This document shows, in pieces, positions 18,121 through 29,242 of a stretch of DNA of 64,000 nt. The stretch's first letter is position 1. Each line of letters begins with the position of its first letter. Below the pieces are notes generated by a model. That model was not told the origin of the DNA. It worked only from the letters and a program-made list of their open reading frames with translations, and ran no database searches. The DNA comes from an uncultured Alphaproteobacteria bacterium (GTDB lineage: Bacteria; Pseudomonadota; Alphaproteobacteria; Methylaequorales; Methylaequoraceae), in contig CACJRF010000003.1 of the NCBI GenBank assembly GCA_902595755.1, positions 56,580 to 120,579 of the forward strand, written 5' to 3'. The position numbers were made by a program, and so were the translations under genes.

Positions 18121-21100
18121 GAATTTTTTAGAAAAAAGAAAACTAATTCTTACTTTTTTATTTTTCTTTATATTTTTTGGACTACAAAAATATGTAAGTC
18201 TACCAAAAGAGTCAGATCCTGACATAAGTATACCTATGATTTACATAGTACTTGCACACAAAGGTATATCACCCGATGACTCAGAAAGACTTCTAATTAA
18301 ACCTATGGAGAAAGAATTAAAAAATATTGAGGGTGTAAAAAAAATTTCTTCAAATTCATATAACGGAGGTGGCAATGTAATTCTTGAATTTGATGCAGGT
18401 TTTGATGCAGATAAGGCCTTGTCTGATACTAGAGTAAAAATTGATTTAACTAAAAATAAGCTTCCAGAGGATACCGAAGAACCAGTAGCCTCAGAAATAA
18501 ATTTATCAAGGTTTCCTGTACTAGCTATTGCGATTTCTGGAGATGTTGAGGAAAGAGTAATTAATAAATATGCTAAGATACTAAAAAATAAAATTGAAAG
18601 CATATCTGAAATTCTTGAAGTTCAGACGTTGGGTGATAGAGAGAGGGAAATAGAAATAATCGTAAACCCCAAGATTGTAAAAAATTATGGTCTTACAGAT
18701 AAGGATGTTCTAAATTCGATATCGAAGAGTAACATGATGATTCCTGCTGGTGCACTCACCAATCAAACAGGTAGTTTCAATGTTACTATTCCAAGTCTTA
18801 TTGAAAATAAATCTGACTTATTAAATTTACCAATCAAAAGTAATGATAATTCAGTAGTTTTTTTAAAAGATGTAGCAGATATAAGAGATTCTTTTAAAGA
18901 GCGTGAAGGGTTTGCTAGAAATAATGGCGAAAATGCAGTTATTCTTGAAGTATCTAAAAGGACTGGAGAGAATATTATTGAAACCATTTTTAAAATAAAG
19001 AAACTAATTAATGAAGAAAAAAAATTTCTTCCAGAATTTATTGATATAGACTTTTTCCAGGATGAATCTGATAAAATTAAAAGTCAAATAAATGATCTAG
19101 AAAATAATGTTATATTAGCAAGTTTAATAGTACTTCTAATAATCGTTGTTTTCATGGGTTGGAAATCAGGTTTGTTAGTAAGCATTTCTATACCAGCATC
19201 ATTTTTATGTTCAATGATAATACTTTCGTTTTTTAACGTAACAATTAATGTTGTTGTTCTATTTTCACTTATACTATCAGTTGGAATACTTATAGATGGA
19301 GCAATTATTGTTGTTGAGTATGCCAATCGAAGGGCAAATGAAGGTTTTACTAAAGATAAAGTATTTAAATTATCGGCACAAAAAATGTTTTTACCAGTGC
19401 TTGCCTCAACCTTAACAACTTTGGCTGCTTTTTTTCCACTTATTTTTTGGCCAGGTATTGCCGGAGAATTTATGTTTTTTCTACCTGTTACTCTTTTAGC
19501 AGTTTTAAGTTCATCATTAATTGTAGCATTAGTTTTCATACCAACCTTAGGTAGTATTTTTGGAACCGATAAAAGTTTATCTAATGAATCAAAAAAAAAT
19601 CTGAATTTGTTAGAATCAGGCAATCTTGGAAATGTGGGAGGTATGCAAGGTAAATACATTATTTTGATGAAATATTGTTTAGCAAATCCAAAAAAACTTA
19701 TTCTATTAACTTTAGTATTTCTAGTTTTTATTCAACTATTATACTCAAAGTTAGGAAAAGGGTTTGAATTTTTCCCTCCAATTGAGCCAGATTATGCAGA
19801 AATTGTTATTCATGCTAGAGGTAACCTATCACCAGTTGAAAAGGATCAAATAGTTAAAGATGTTGAAAATGAAATTCTAAAAAATATTTATATACGAAAT
19901 ATCTACTCAAGAAGTGGAACAGTAAAAGGTAACAAAAGGAGTGAGGCTGAAGATGTAGTAGGGTCGATCAAGATAGAATTTACTGATTGGAAGTATAGAC
20001 CTAACTCAAAAAATATAATCGATGATTTAAAGAAAGTTACCCAAAAATTTGTTGGTATTTATATTGAATTTATTGAGAAAAAAGATGGGCCACCAAAAGA
20101 TAAGGATATTGAAATTGAAATTATTAATTTCGATAAACAAAAATTAAAAACAGAGACTGAAATTTTTTATAACTTCCTAAACAACCAGGAATGGGCAAAG
20201 AATATTGACAGCGATTCAATCTCAACTGGTATAGAATGGGAATTATTAATCAATAGAGAAAAAGCTGATAAATATGGTGTGGATCTACTGTCTGTTGGAA
20301 ATTCAATTCAAATGTTAACACATGGACTAAAGGTTTCAGAATTTATGCCAGTTGATAGCGATGAGGAGGTGGATATAGTAGTCAAATATGATAAGAAATT
20401 TAGAACATTAGACGAATTAGATAATATTCTCACTGAAGGAGAGAACGGACCAGTATCAATGAATCTTTTTGTAGAAAGATTACCAAAAAAGAAGGTTAGC
20501 AAAATAACAAGATCAAATTCTATTAGATCTCAAAATATTAAATTTGATGTCAAGGATAATGTAGTTAGTAGTAATAAAATTTTAGAAATTAAAAAATGGC
20601 TAAATGAAGCAGGAATTGAGTCAACAGTAATTTTTCGTGGACAAGAAGAGGATCAAAACGAAGCTAAAGAGTTTCTTACAAAAGCTTTTTTTATTGCGAT
20701 TTTTTTAATAACTATAATTCTTATAGCAATTTTTAATAGTTATTATTATTGTCTTATAATTTTAACAGCAATTATTTTCTCAACTATTGGAGTAATAATT
20801 GGGCTTCTTGTATCTGAGCAACCATTTGGAATAATTATGAGTGGGATAGGGATAATTGCACTTGCAGGTATTGTAGTGAATAATAATATTGTACTTCTAG
20901 ATACATACAAGCAATTAAGAAAAACAGGAGAAGATGTCAAAGATTGTATAATAAGAACTGGGGTTCAAAGACTTAGACCTGTATTATTAACAACCCTAAC
21001 AACTTTCTTTGGACTTGTCCCAATGGCAATAGGTCTAAATATCGATTTTATTAATATGGAAATTAATTTTAATAGCCCTACCTCTCAATGGTGGACTCAG

Positions 21101-21211
21101 CTATCAAATGCAATGGTATTTGGAGTGATGTTTTCATTTATTCTAACTTTAATAATAACACCTTGTCTAATTTTTATTGGGGAAAAATCTAAGTTTTTAA
21201 AGACACTTTAG
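18113..21211 (+). CDS. AcrB/AcrD/AcrF-family RND permease
   Basis: 1032 aa; GILIDGAIIVVE, GIVVNNNIVLLD and RLRPVLLTTLTT. Confidence 0.95.
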   Translation: MIENFLEKRKLILTFLFFFIFFGLQKYVSLPKESDPDISIPMIYIVLAHKGISPDDSERLLIKPMEKELKNIEGVKKISSNSYNGGGNVILEFDAGFDADKALSDTRVKIDLTKNKLPEDTEEPVASEINLSRFPVLAIAISGDVEERVINKYAKILKNKIESISEILEVQTLGDREREIEIIVNPKIVKNYGLTDKDVLNSISKSNMMIPAGALTNQTGSFNVTIPSLIENKSDLLNLPIKSNDNSVVFLKDVADIRDSFKEREGFARNNGENAVILEVSKRTGENIIETIFKIKKLINEEKKFLPEFIDIDFFQDESDKIKSQINDLENNVILASLIVLLIIVVFMGWKSGLLVSISIPASFLCSMIILSFFNVTINVVVLFSLILSVGILIDGAIIVVEYANRRANEGFTKDKVFKLSAQKMFLPVLASTLTTLAAFFPLIFWPGIAGEFMFFLPVTLLAVLSSSLIVALVFIPTLGSIFGTDKSLSNESKKNLNLLESGNLGNVGGMQGKYIILMKYCLANPKKLILLTLVFLVFIQLLYSKLGKGFEFFPPIEPDYAEIVIHARGNLSPVEKDQIVKDVENEILKNIYIRNIYSRSGTVKGNKRSEAEDVVGSIKIEFTDWKYRPNSKNIIDDLKKVTQKFVGIYIEFIEKKDGPPKDKDIEIEIINFDKQKLKTETEIFYNFLNNQEWAKNIDSDSISTGIEWELLINREKADKYGVDLLSVGNSIQMLTHGLKVSEFMPVDSDEEVDIVVKYDKKFRTLDELDNILTEGENGPVSMNLFVERLPKKKVSKITRSNSIRSQNIKFDVKDNVVSSNKILEIKKWLNEAGIESTVIFRGQEEDQNEAKEFLTKAFFIAIFLITIILIAIFNSYYYCLIILTAIIFSTIGVIIGLLVSEQPFGIIMSGIGIIALAGIVVNNNIVLLDTYKQLRKTGEDVKDCIIRTGVQRLRPVLLTTLTTFFGLVPMAIGLNIDFINMEINFNSPTSQWWTQLSNAMVFGVMFSFILTLIITPCLIFIGEKSKFLKTL

Positions 21212-21911
21212 ATTCATAAATTGCAAAAGGAATACTCAAATAATAAATTGAAATTAGGATAATCATAGCAAGCCAAATATCTGTGATTAATAAGTAAATA
21301 AAACTAGCGAAAAGAATAATTAAAAAAGGAATCAATTTTTTTTCAACTTTTATTCCCTTTAAAGAATATGTTGAGAAATTTGAAATCATAAGTACCGATG
21401 GTAAAAAAAGATAAGATTTAATAAAAATTTCATAGTTTAGAATATCAAAATCAAATCTAAAATTTAACATCATTGGAAGAAGCGAAAGGCCTGCTGCTGC
21501 AGGGGTTGATATTCCAGAAAAAAATCTCAAGTTAGCTTTGTTTTTATTGTCATGACTAAGAACATTAAATTTTGCTAATCTTGAAGAAGAACAAATTGCA
21601 TAAAAAATAACTATTGCCCAATTTGTCTCAAAAAAAAATGTTTTTGACCATAGATATATAACAATAGCCGGAGCAACACCAAAACTTATGAAATCTGCAA
21701 GTGAATCTAGTTCAACACCAAAATTAGAGTTTGCTTTAAGTAATCTAGCTAATTTTCCATCAAGATTATCAAGAAATGAAGAAAATACTATTAACATAAC
21801 CGCAATTTCCCATTTTTGATCAATTGCAAATTTTATAGATAAGAGACCAAATGTGAGTGATATAAACGTTATCAAATTGGGAACTAATCTTCTAATAGAT
21901 AACTTTCTCAT
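21189..21911 (-). CDS. pssA: CDP-diacylglycerol-serine O-phosphatidyltransferase
   Basis: DNLDGKLAR...FGVELDSLADFISFGVAPA. Confidence 0.93.
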   Translation of the reverse strand: MRKLSIRRLVPNLITFISLTFGLLSIKFAIDQKWEIAVMLIVFSSFLDNLDGKLARLLKANSNFGVELDSLADFISFGVAPAIVIYLWSKTFFFETNWAIVIFYAICSSSRLAKFNVLSHDNKNKANLRFFSGISTPAAAGLSLLPMMLNFRFDFDILNYEIFIKSYLFLPSVLMISNFSTYSLKGIKVEKKLIPFLIILFASFIYLLITDIWLAMIILISIYYLSIPFAIYESKVSLKT

Positions 21912-21920
21912 AGCTAAAAT

Positions 21921-22655
21921 TTACTTTTTAGAATTAAGGATATTATTCATCTGGGCAATAATTGTTTCTCCACCAATTACTGTTTGTCCCTCCATTACTT
22001 TTATAGGAGAATTAAGAGGTAAATATAAATCAACTCGACTACCAAATCTTATAATTCCAAAACGTTCTCCAACATTAACATTCTGATTTTCATTCAAATC
22101 ACATTTGATTCTTCTGGCAATCAAACCCGCAATTTGAACAACGTAAATAAAATTATTTTTACTAACTTCAATCTTAATTATCATTCTTTCATTATTCTCA
22201 CTTGCTTTATCTAAAGATGCATTAAAGAAAGTTCCAGGTACATATTTAAGCCAGACAATTTTTCCAGACACCGGAATTCTATTAACATGAACATTAAATA
22301 CGTTCATAAAAATAGAAACTTTTATAAATTTTTGCTTTTTATTATCACTTAGAATATCTGGTGCATCAGTTTCTAAAATCTTTAGTATTTTTCCATCTGC
22401 AGGGGATATAAAAGAATTTTTATCTACTGGCGTTATTCTTTGTGGGTCTCTAAAGAAGTACACACACCAAATTGAAAGAATAAAACCAACCCAACCTAGA
22501 AAGTCAGAGAATGAAAACAATAAAAGTGTTACAAAAATAAAGATTCCTATAAATGGATAACCAGCTTTATTTACTGTAAAAGATATTTTATTAAATAAAT
22601 CTGCTTCTTTAAAAAAATCCCCAAGTTTGTCAAAAAAATCTTTTTTCTGAGTCAT
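21921..22655 (-). CDS. psd: Phosphatidylserine decarboxylase
   Basis: FFRDP, SPADG, HVNR and RFGSRVD cleavage motif. Confidence 0.95.
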   Translation of the reverse strand: MTQKKDFFDKLGDFFKEADLFNKISFTVNKAGYPFIGIFIFVTLLLFSFSDFLGWVGFILSIWCVYFFRDPQRITPVDKNSFISPADGKILKILETDAPDILSDNKKQKFIKVSIFMNVFNVHVNRIPVSGKIVWLKYVPGTFFNASLDKASENNERMIIKIEVSKNNFIYVVQIAGLIARRIKCDLNENQNVNVGERFGIIRFGSRVDLYLPLNSPIKVMEGQTVIGGETIIAQMNNILNSKK

Positions 22656-22658
22656 TTT

Positions 22659-23642
22659 TTAAAATTTATCATTAATGGAATTTATATTTTTTTCAGATTT
22701 AGATAATTGCGAAATTAAAAAAGAATTTGGGTTTGAATTAAAAATCTCAGAATAAAGGTTTGAGTTTCTTATGAAAATTTCAGAATATAAATAAGTCTCA
22801 TCAGAAATTTTTCTAGTTAACTTCCAGGAGTCATTTTCTTTAATAATTTTTGTCGACGAAGTCTTAGGGTTTTTTTGCTCTAATTGACTCAAACTAAGTG
22901 ATAAATTTAATTGAAATTTATTACCAGTGATAGTTGTCAAAAATTTAAGTTTTGAACTTTTAATGTTTACAATCTCCTTAGACGAAAATTTCCAATTACC
23001 ATAAAAATCAGTTAAAACATTACCTAATAAAACATCATTAGCAAATACCCTCACATCTGTGCCTACTGGTGCTCTTCCTGATACAGTAATTTTTTTTTTT
23101 GGGTAATAATTCAATATATCTAATGTTAGGCCATTGTCTATGTAATCTGTGTTGTAAATATCTATATTATCAAAATTACTTGAATCTAGCTTTAAAACTA
23201 TTGGTTTTTTTGAAGACATATTATCGCCTAAAACATATATCTCTTGACTAGACTCAAGCTCTTTACCTGCTTCAAAACACTTAACAGTAAATACTTTCAA
23301 GCCTTGAGTAAGAGGGCTCTCGCTTATCCATACCCACTCTCCATTAGCGTCAGAAAAAAAATCAGCTATTTTTTTGTTGTTTTCAAATAAAAATATTTCC
23401 AAATTTGGTTCAGATTTCCCAGCCATAACCGCATCTCCATCTTGACTTATTCTTATGATATCAAATGTTACAGGTATTCCTAGGTTTTCAGATTTCTTTA
23501 TTTCATTAATACTTTGATTAATAGTTTTTCTCTCGTTCACCTGTTCTTCAATAGATGCGTTTTGCTTTATGTATGGTATGGTATTTAAGAGCAAAAAAGA
23601 GACTCCTAATAAAAACATTATTGATAGTAATTCTTTTTTCAT
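22659..23642 (-). CDS. Membrane-anchored Ig-like repeat protein related to alphaproteobacterial LysM proteins; LysM domain degenerate
   Basis: FDIIRISQDGDAVMAGKSEP...DANGEW and SGRAPVG...GNW repeats; divergent from a LOG gene; C-terminus only weakly LysM-like. Confidence 0.6.
   Translation of the reverse strand: MKKELLSIMFLLGVSFLLLNTIPYIKQNASIEEQVNERKTINQSINEIKKSENLGIPVTFDIIRISQDGDAVMAGKSEPNLEIFLFENNKKIADFFSDANGEWVWISESPLTQGLKVFTVKCFEAGKELESSQEIYVLGDNMSSKKPIVLKLDSSNFDNIDIYNTDYIDNGLTLDILNYYPKKKITVSGRAPVGTDVRVFANDVLLGNVLTDFYGNWKFSSKEIVNIKSSKLKFLTTITGNKFQLNLSLSLSQLEQKNPKTSSTKIIKENDSWKLTRKISDETYLYSEIFIRNSNLYSEIFNSNPNSFLISQLSKSEKNINSINDKF
22740..22790. repeat. Short in-frame duplication encoding LYSEIF twice
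   Basis: Protein reads YLYSEIFIRNSNLYSEIFNSN; two related 18-bp units with a 33-bp period. Confidence 0.6.
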
Positions 23643-23704
23643 TTTGTTAATCTATTTATATAATATATCTAAAATATCTTTTTCCAATTATTTTTATAAA
23701 ATTA

Positions 23705-24259
23705 ATGAAGTTAAATATAGGTTTTTTTTTAGGGTCAAAGTTTGGTAAGGGAACGAATTTTTCTTATCTTACAAAAAAAGTAGCAAAATGGGTAAATAAA
23801 AATAGTCATAATATAATTTTCGGTGGAACAGAAACAGGTATTATGAAAGATTTAGTAGTTAATTTAGATAAAAATGAATCAACAATAACTGCTATAATTA
23901 CTAAAGGGTTAATAAAGGATCATAATGAATTAAATTATTTCGATGAACTTATAATAGTTGAAGATTTAAGAAAAAGAACAGAACAATTTCTACTAAGATC
24001 CGATGTTTTTTTAGCATTACCTGGAGGAATTGGAACACTATTTGAAATCATAGAAATTTTCAATAAAAGGGTGTTGGGTGAAACATCAAAGAAAATACTG
24101 TTGATAAATGATTTTGATTATTGGGGTCCTTTAAAAAATCTTTTAGAACACATGATAAAAGAAGAATTTTTAGAAGAAAAAATAATGCTTAAAAATATTG
24201 AATTTATAAATTTTTGTGAAATTGATGAAAGGCTAAAAGATGTCAAAAATTCTAGTTAA
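23705..24259 (+). CDS. LOG-family (TIGR00730) nucleotide phosphoribohydrolase
   Basis: FGG...GIM and LPGGIGTLFE. Confidence 0.9.
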   Translation: MKLNIGFFLGSKFGKGTNFSYLTKKVAKWVNKNSHNIIFGGTETGIMKDLVVNLDKNESTITAIITKGLIKDHNELNYFDELIIVEDLRKRTEQFLLRSDVFLALPGGIGTLFEIIEIFNKRVLGETSKKILLINDFDYWGPLKNLLEHMIKEEFLEEKIMLKNIEFINFCEIDERLKDVKNSS

Positions 24260-25445
24260 AAATCCAGTTGTTGAAATAAATGGTGATGAAATGGCCAGAG
24301 TAATGTGGGGGAAAATTAAAAAGCAACTTATTCTTCCCTTCTTAGATATAAAATTACTTGAGTATGATTTAGGAATTGAAAATAGAGATAAAACAAACGA
24401 CAAAGTTACTATTGAAGCTGGTAAGGCTATTAAAAAAAATAAGGTTGGTGTTAAATGTGCAACTATTACTCCAGATGATAAAAGAGTAAAAGAATTTAAC
24501 CTAAAAAAAAAATATCCATCACCTAATGGTACAATACGAAATATTCTAAATGGAACTATTTTTCGTGAGCCTATCATAATAGATAAAATACCAAAATTCA
24601 TCAAACATTGGAGTGAATCTGTAGTTATAGCCAGGCACGCCTCTGGAGATATTTATAAGTCACAAGAAATTAAGATTAAAACTAAAGGTAAGCTTTACCT
24701 TAAATTTGAAAGTGAAGATAAAAAAACACTTATTGAAAAAGAGGTTTGTAACTTTGATTCTGATGGTGTTGGTTTATCTTATTTTAACAATAATAAATCA
24801 ATAGAAGATTTTGCTCATTCATGTTTTAACTTTGGGTTAGGTAGAAAAATACCTGTTTATTTATCAACTAAAAATACAATTTTACAATCTTATGATGAGA
24901 GCTTTAAAGAAATATTTGAGAACGTGTATAATGACCATTATAAAATAAAATATGAAAATCTAGGAATTTTTTATCAACACAGACTTATTGACGATATGAT
25001 CGCTTGTTTAATAAAATGGACAGGGGGGTTTATATGGGCTTGTAAAAATTATGATGGAGACGTAATGTCTGATTTAGTAGCACAAGGTTTTGGATCATTA
25101 GGTTTAATGACATCTGTGTTACAAAGCCCTGATGGACAAATTATCGAGACTGAAGCCGCACACGGAACTGTAACTTCTCATTTTAGGCAACATCAAAATG
25201 GACTAGAAACATCAACTAATCCAATTGCATCAATATTTGCTTGGACTAGAGCACTTCTGCATAGAGGAAAAATTGACAATAATAAGGATTTAGAAAATTT
25301 TTCTCACAAAATTGAATCGATTTGTAAAAATTTACTAAATAAAGGAATAATGACCAAGGATTTAGCCTTAATGGTTGGACCAGATCAAAAATGGTTAACA
25401 ACTCAGGAACTAATCAACTCAATTAGCAATGAATTAAACAATTGA
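24240..25445 (+). CDS. icd: NADP-dependent isocitrate dehydrogenase
   Basis: GDEMAR, KCATITPD, SPNGTIRNIL and EAAHGTVT. Confidence 0.97.
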   Translation: MSKILVKNPVVEINGDEMARVMWGKIKKQLILPFLDIKLLEYDLGIENRDKTNDKVTIEAGKAIKKNKVGVKCATITPDDKRVKEFNLKKKYPSPNGTIRNILNGTIFREPIIIDKIPKFIKHWSESVVIARHASGDIYKSQEIKIKTKGKLYLKFESEDKKTLIEKEVCNFDSDGVGLSYFNNNKSIEDFAHSCFNFGLGRKIPVYLSTKNTILQSYDESFKEIFENVYNDHYKIKYENLGIFYQHRLIDDMIACLIKWTGGFIWACKNYDGDVMSDLVAQGFGSLGLMTSVLQSPDGQIIETEAAHGTVTSHFRQHQNGLETSTNPIASIFAWTRALLHRGKIDNNKDLENFSHKIESICKNLLNKGIMTKDLALMVGPDQKWLTTQELINSISNELNN

Positions 25446-28073
25446 TTTACTAATTATTTCTTTTAGAGAATCTTTCAATTGATAAAATTTCTTACTAAGA
25501 GGTGCTCCACCTTGGGCAAGGTCTTTTCTCCCTCCCCCTCCTTTTCCATCAAGAAAGTTTACAATTCTTTTAACTATTTTATTTGAGTCATATTTTTCAA
25601 TTAAATCATTTGTAATACTAGTAACAACTGAAACTTTATTATCTAATACACAAGTTAAAACTACTATCCCAGAATTTAATTTCAATTTAACACTATCAGA
25701 ATTATTTTTTAAATCTTTAGGTCCTGAATCTAAATTTTGGTAATAAATTTTTGTATCACCAAAATCAATATTGTTTTTATCAGAAAAAAAATCCTTATTA
25801 TCTACGTGTTTTTTTTTAAGACTAGTATGCTCTGCTATTAAAGTTTTCAGCTTTTCTATAATATTTTTATCATTAGCTTTTAAAAGTACTTTTATATCAT
25901 TTAATAAATGAATCTTATCATCTACAAATTTTTCTGCTTGGTTTCCAGTTATCGCCTCAATTCTTCTAACTCCTGAAGAAATAGAGGTCTCATTAATTAT
26001 CTTAAAAAAGCCAATTTCTCCAGTAGACTTTACATGAGTTCCGCCACATAACTCAACTGAGCCAAAAGAATTCATTTGATTATCATTTTTTATTGAAAGA
26101 ACCCTAACATTTTCAGGATATTTTTCTCCAAATAAAGCTATAGCACCACCTTGGATTGCATCTTTTAATGACATATATTTAATTTCTGACACAATATTTG
26201 ATCTTATTGAAGAATTAACTATAAACTCAATTTCTCTTATTTTACCCTCAGACAAAGGTTCGTTAGACGTATAATCGAAACGTAGTTTGTGGTCATTAAC
26301 TAAAGATCCTTTTTGAGAGACATGATTGCCAACAATTTCTCTTAATGCTTGATGAAGTAGATGGGTAGCTGAATGATTATTCCTAATTTTTTCTCTTCTT
26401 GCTACATCAATTAGTAATTTATAATTTTTTTCAGAATGTAAATTCGAGTGAAGCCTTCCAATATAGTGAACATAAATTTTGTTAAATATTTTAGTATCAG
26501 AAATCTCTGCTAATAATTGATCCGTTTCGTCATAAATGAATCCACAATCTCCAACTTGTCCTCCTGATTCTGCATAAAAGGGGGTTTTTTCAAATACTAA
26601 ACTTATATTAGTATCTTTATTATTTGTTTTGTTCTTAAATTTTTCATCGATAATTATTTTATTCAATTTTGATTTACATTCATAATAATCATATCCACAG
26701 AATTCAGTAGGACTACAGATTTCTTGGAGTTCACTAAAAAATTTATTTGTCTTGTGTATCATTTCATTCGAGACAAAATTCTTTTGCTGATTTTTACTTT
26801 CTTCTACAATTTTTTCGTATCTTTTACTATCAAGATGAATTTTCTTTTCCAATAAAATAGCTTTTGTCATATCAAAAGGAAATCCATAGGTATCATATAA
26901 TTTAAAAGCTATTTTAGGTGAAAACTCGTTACCTTGAATAGCATTAATTTCTTTATTGAGAAGTTGAAGTCCATTTGATAAAGTTTCTGAAAATTTTATT
27001 TCTTCATTTTTGAGATTCTTTTCAATAAAACTTAACGCTTCAGGTAAATTAAAATAAACTTTAGAATATTCATTTATTACACTTTTTAGTAATTTACTTA
27101 AAATAATCTCATTATCATTTAATTTATGACAATGTAAAGATGCCCTTCTAATGATTCTTCTTAAAACATAGCCCCTACCCTCGTTCGAAGGAAGAATACC
27201 TTCTGACATTAAAAATGTAATTGACTTTATGTGGTCTGAGATAATTCTGAAAGATGATATATTTTTTCTATCTACATTTTTTTTTGTTAACTTTTTTATT
27301 TCTTCTATAATATTTAAATATAAGTCTGTCTCATAATTATTAACCTTATTATTTAGAACGGCAGTCAAACGCTCTAAACCCATTCCAGTATCAACAAATT
27401 TTCCTGGAAGTTTTTTTAAATCAGATTTAGTTTTCTCAAATTCCATGAATACCAAATTCCAAATTTCAATATATCTCTCACCATCCTGTTTTTTTGTTCC
27501 AGGAAGACCACCAGATAAACCAGAACCATTATCAAAAAATATCTCACTGCATGGTCCACAAGGGCCTAAGTCACCCATTGACCAGAAATTATCTTCCGTA
27601 GATATTTTCAAGATTTGTGAGTCTGAAAATCCAGTCATTTTTTTCCATAAATTAAAAGATTCACTATCTTCTTTGAATACTGTAATAATAATTTTAGACT
27701 TATCTAAATTAAATTCTTTTGTTAGTAGATGCCACGCATGAAATATTGCCTCTTCTTTAAAATACCCCCCAAATGAAAAGTTACCCAACATCTCAAAAAA
27801 AGTGTGATGTCTTGGTGTGAACCCAACATTATCTAAATCATTATGCTTACCACCTGCTCTTAAACACTTTTGAACAGTTGCCACATTCTTATATTTCGGC
27901 TTAACCTCACCCGTAAACCATTTTTTAAACTGAACCATACCTGCATTAGTGAATAATAGTGTGTTATCATTTTCTGGAGCAATAGATGAGGAGTCTAAGA
28001 TTTTATGAGAATTATTATGAAAATAATTTATGAATGTATCTCTGATTTTACTAGATTTAGAGTAGTTTGACAT
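25434..28073 (-). CDS. alaS: Alanine-tRNA ligase
   Basis: FTNAGMVQFK, HHTFFEMLGNFSFG and ELCGGTHV. Confidence 0.98.
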   Translation of the reverse strand: MSNYSKSSKIRDTFINYFHNNSHKILDSSSIAPENDNTLLFTNAGMVQFKKWFTGEVKPKYKNVATVQKCLRAGGKHNDLDNVGFTPRHHTFFEMLGNFSFGGYFKEEAIFHAWHLLTKEFNLDKSKIIITVFKEDSESFNLWKKMTGFSDSQILKISTEDNFWSMGDLGPCGPCSEIFFDNGSGLSGGLPGTKKQDGERYIEIWNLVFMEFEKTKSDLKKLPGKFVDTGMGLERLTAVLNNKVNNYETDLYLNIIEEIKKLTKKNVDRKNISSFRIISDHIKSITFLMSEGILPSNEGRGYVLRRIIRRASLHCHKLNDNEIILSKLLKSVINEYSKVYFNLPEALSFIEKNLKNEEIKFSETLSNGLQLLNKEINAIQGNEFSPKIAFKLYDTYGFPFDMTKAILLEKKIHLDSKRYEKIVEESKNQQKNFVSNEMIHKTNKFFSELQEICSPTEFCGYDYYECKSKLNKIIIDEKFKNKTNNKDTNISLVFEKTPFYAESGGQVGDCGFIYDETDQLLAEISDTKIFNKIYVHYIGRLHSNLHSEKNYKLLIDVARREKIRNNHSATHLLHQALREIVGNHVSQKGSLVNDHKLRFDYTSNEPLSEGKIREIEFIVNSSIRSNIVSEIKYMSLKDAIQGGAIALFGEKYPENVRVLSIKNDNQMNSFGSVELCGGTHVKSTGEIGFFKIINETSISSGVRRIEAITGNQAEKFVDDKIHLLNDIKVLLKANDKNIIEKLKTLIAEHTSLKKKHVDNKDFFSDKNNIDFGDTKIYYQNLDSGPKDLKNNSDSVKLKLNSGIVVLTCVLDNKVSVVTSITNDLIEKYDSNKIVKRIVNFLDGKGGGGRKDLAQGGAPLSKKFYQLKDSLKEIISKSIV

Positions 28074-28118
28074 AATGAATATTTTTATTTTTATTCATTA
28101 TAATTAAAAAAATAACAA

Positions 28119-29186
28119 TCAATCAACATTGATTTCTTTATTTCCTTTTTGATTATCAGTAATGTCGTTTAAATCACTTCCATTATCCTCTTGAACTTCT
28201 TCATCTTTTTCATCTTTTTCAGATCTAATCTTACTTTCAATCTCTGATGCTGTTTCAGGGTTTTCTTTTAAATAAATTTTTGCATTTTCTCTACCCTGTC
28301 CAATTCTTTCTCCATCATATGAATACCAAGCACCTGATTTTTCAACTATTCCAATCTTTACAGCTAAATCTAAAATCTCTCCAGTTTTAGATATACCTTC
28401 ATCATACATTATATCAAACTCTACAATTTTAAATGGAGGTGCAAGTTTATTTTTTACAACCTTGACTCGTGTTTGATTACCGACAATTTCGTCCTTATCT
28501 TTGATAGGTCCAATTCTTCTAATATCCATTCTTATTGATGAATAAAATTTAAGTGCGTTACCTCCAGTTGTTGTTTCTGGGTTTCCAAACATTACACCAA
28601 TTTTTTGTCTAATTTGATTAATGAAGATCACTAATGCCTTTGACCTTGAGATAGATCCCGTAAGCTTTCTCAAAGCCTGACTCATAAGTCTCGCATGAAG
28701 TCCCATGTGTGAGTCTCCCATATCCCCTTCAATCTCAGCTCTTGGCACTAGAGCTGCAACTGAATCTACAACTAAAACATCAATTGCATTAGAGTTTACC
28801 AATGTGTCTGCAATCTCAAGTGCTTGCTCGCCGTTATCTGGTTGGGAAATTAACATTTCATCTGTATTAACACCTAATTTTTTAGCGTATATTGGATCTA
28901 GAGCATGCTCTGCATCTATAAATGCACAGGTTCCACCACTTTTTTGGGCCTCAGCAACAACGTGGAGTGATAATGTTGTTTTACCTGAACTTTCAGGACC
29001 GTAAATCTCAACAATTCTTCCTTTTGGCAATCCACCAATTCCAAGAGCTATATCTAAACTAAGTGAACCAGATGGGATCGTATCTATTTGGACGACCCCT
29101 CTTTCTCCAAGTTTCATGACCGATCCTTTACCGAAATTTCTTTCGATTTGGCTGATTGTCGACTCTAATGTTTTTAATTTATCCAT
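28119..29186 (-). CDS. recA: Recombinase A
   Basis: [17 protein letters not shown] and [27 protein letters not shown]. Confidence 0.99.
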   Translation of the reverse strand: MDKLKTLESTISQIERNFGKGSVMKLGERGVVQIDTIPSGSLSLDIALGIGGLPKGRIVEIYGPESSGKTTLSLHVVAEAQKSGGTCAFIDAEHALDPIYAKKLGVNTDEMLISQPDNGEQALEIADTLVNSNAIDVLVVDSVAALVPRAEIEGDMGDSHMGLHARLMSQALRKLTGSISRSKALVIFINQIRQKIGVMFGNPETTTGGNALKFYSSIRMDIRRIGPIKDKDEIVGNQTRVKVVKNKLAPPFKIVEFDIMYDEGISKTGEILDLAVKIGIVEKSGAWYSYDGERIGQGRENAKIYLKENPETASEIESKIRSEKDEKDEEVQEDNGSDLNDITDNQKGNKEINVD

Positions 29187-29189
29187 TTT

Positions 29190-29204
29190 GTTCTATTAAT
29201 GTTC
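29190..29204. promoter_or_regulatory. Alphaproteobacterial LexA (SOS) box upstream of recA
   Basis: GTTCTATTAATGTTC is an exact GTTC-N7-GTTC direct repeat, 3 nt from the recA start codon. Confidence 0.85.
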
Positions 29205-29242
29205 TCATTCTATCATCACAATTTGAAATTACAACTAAGAAA

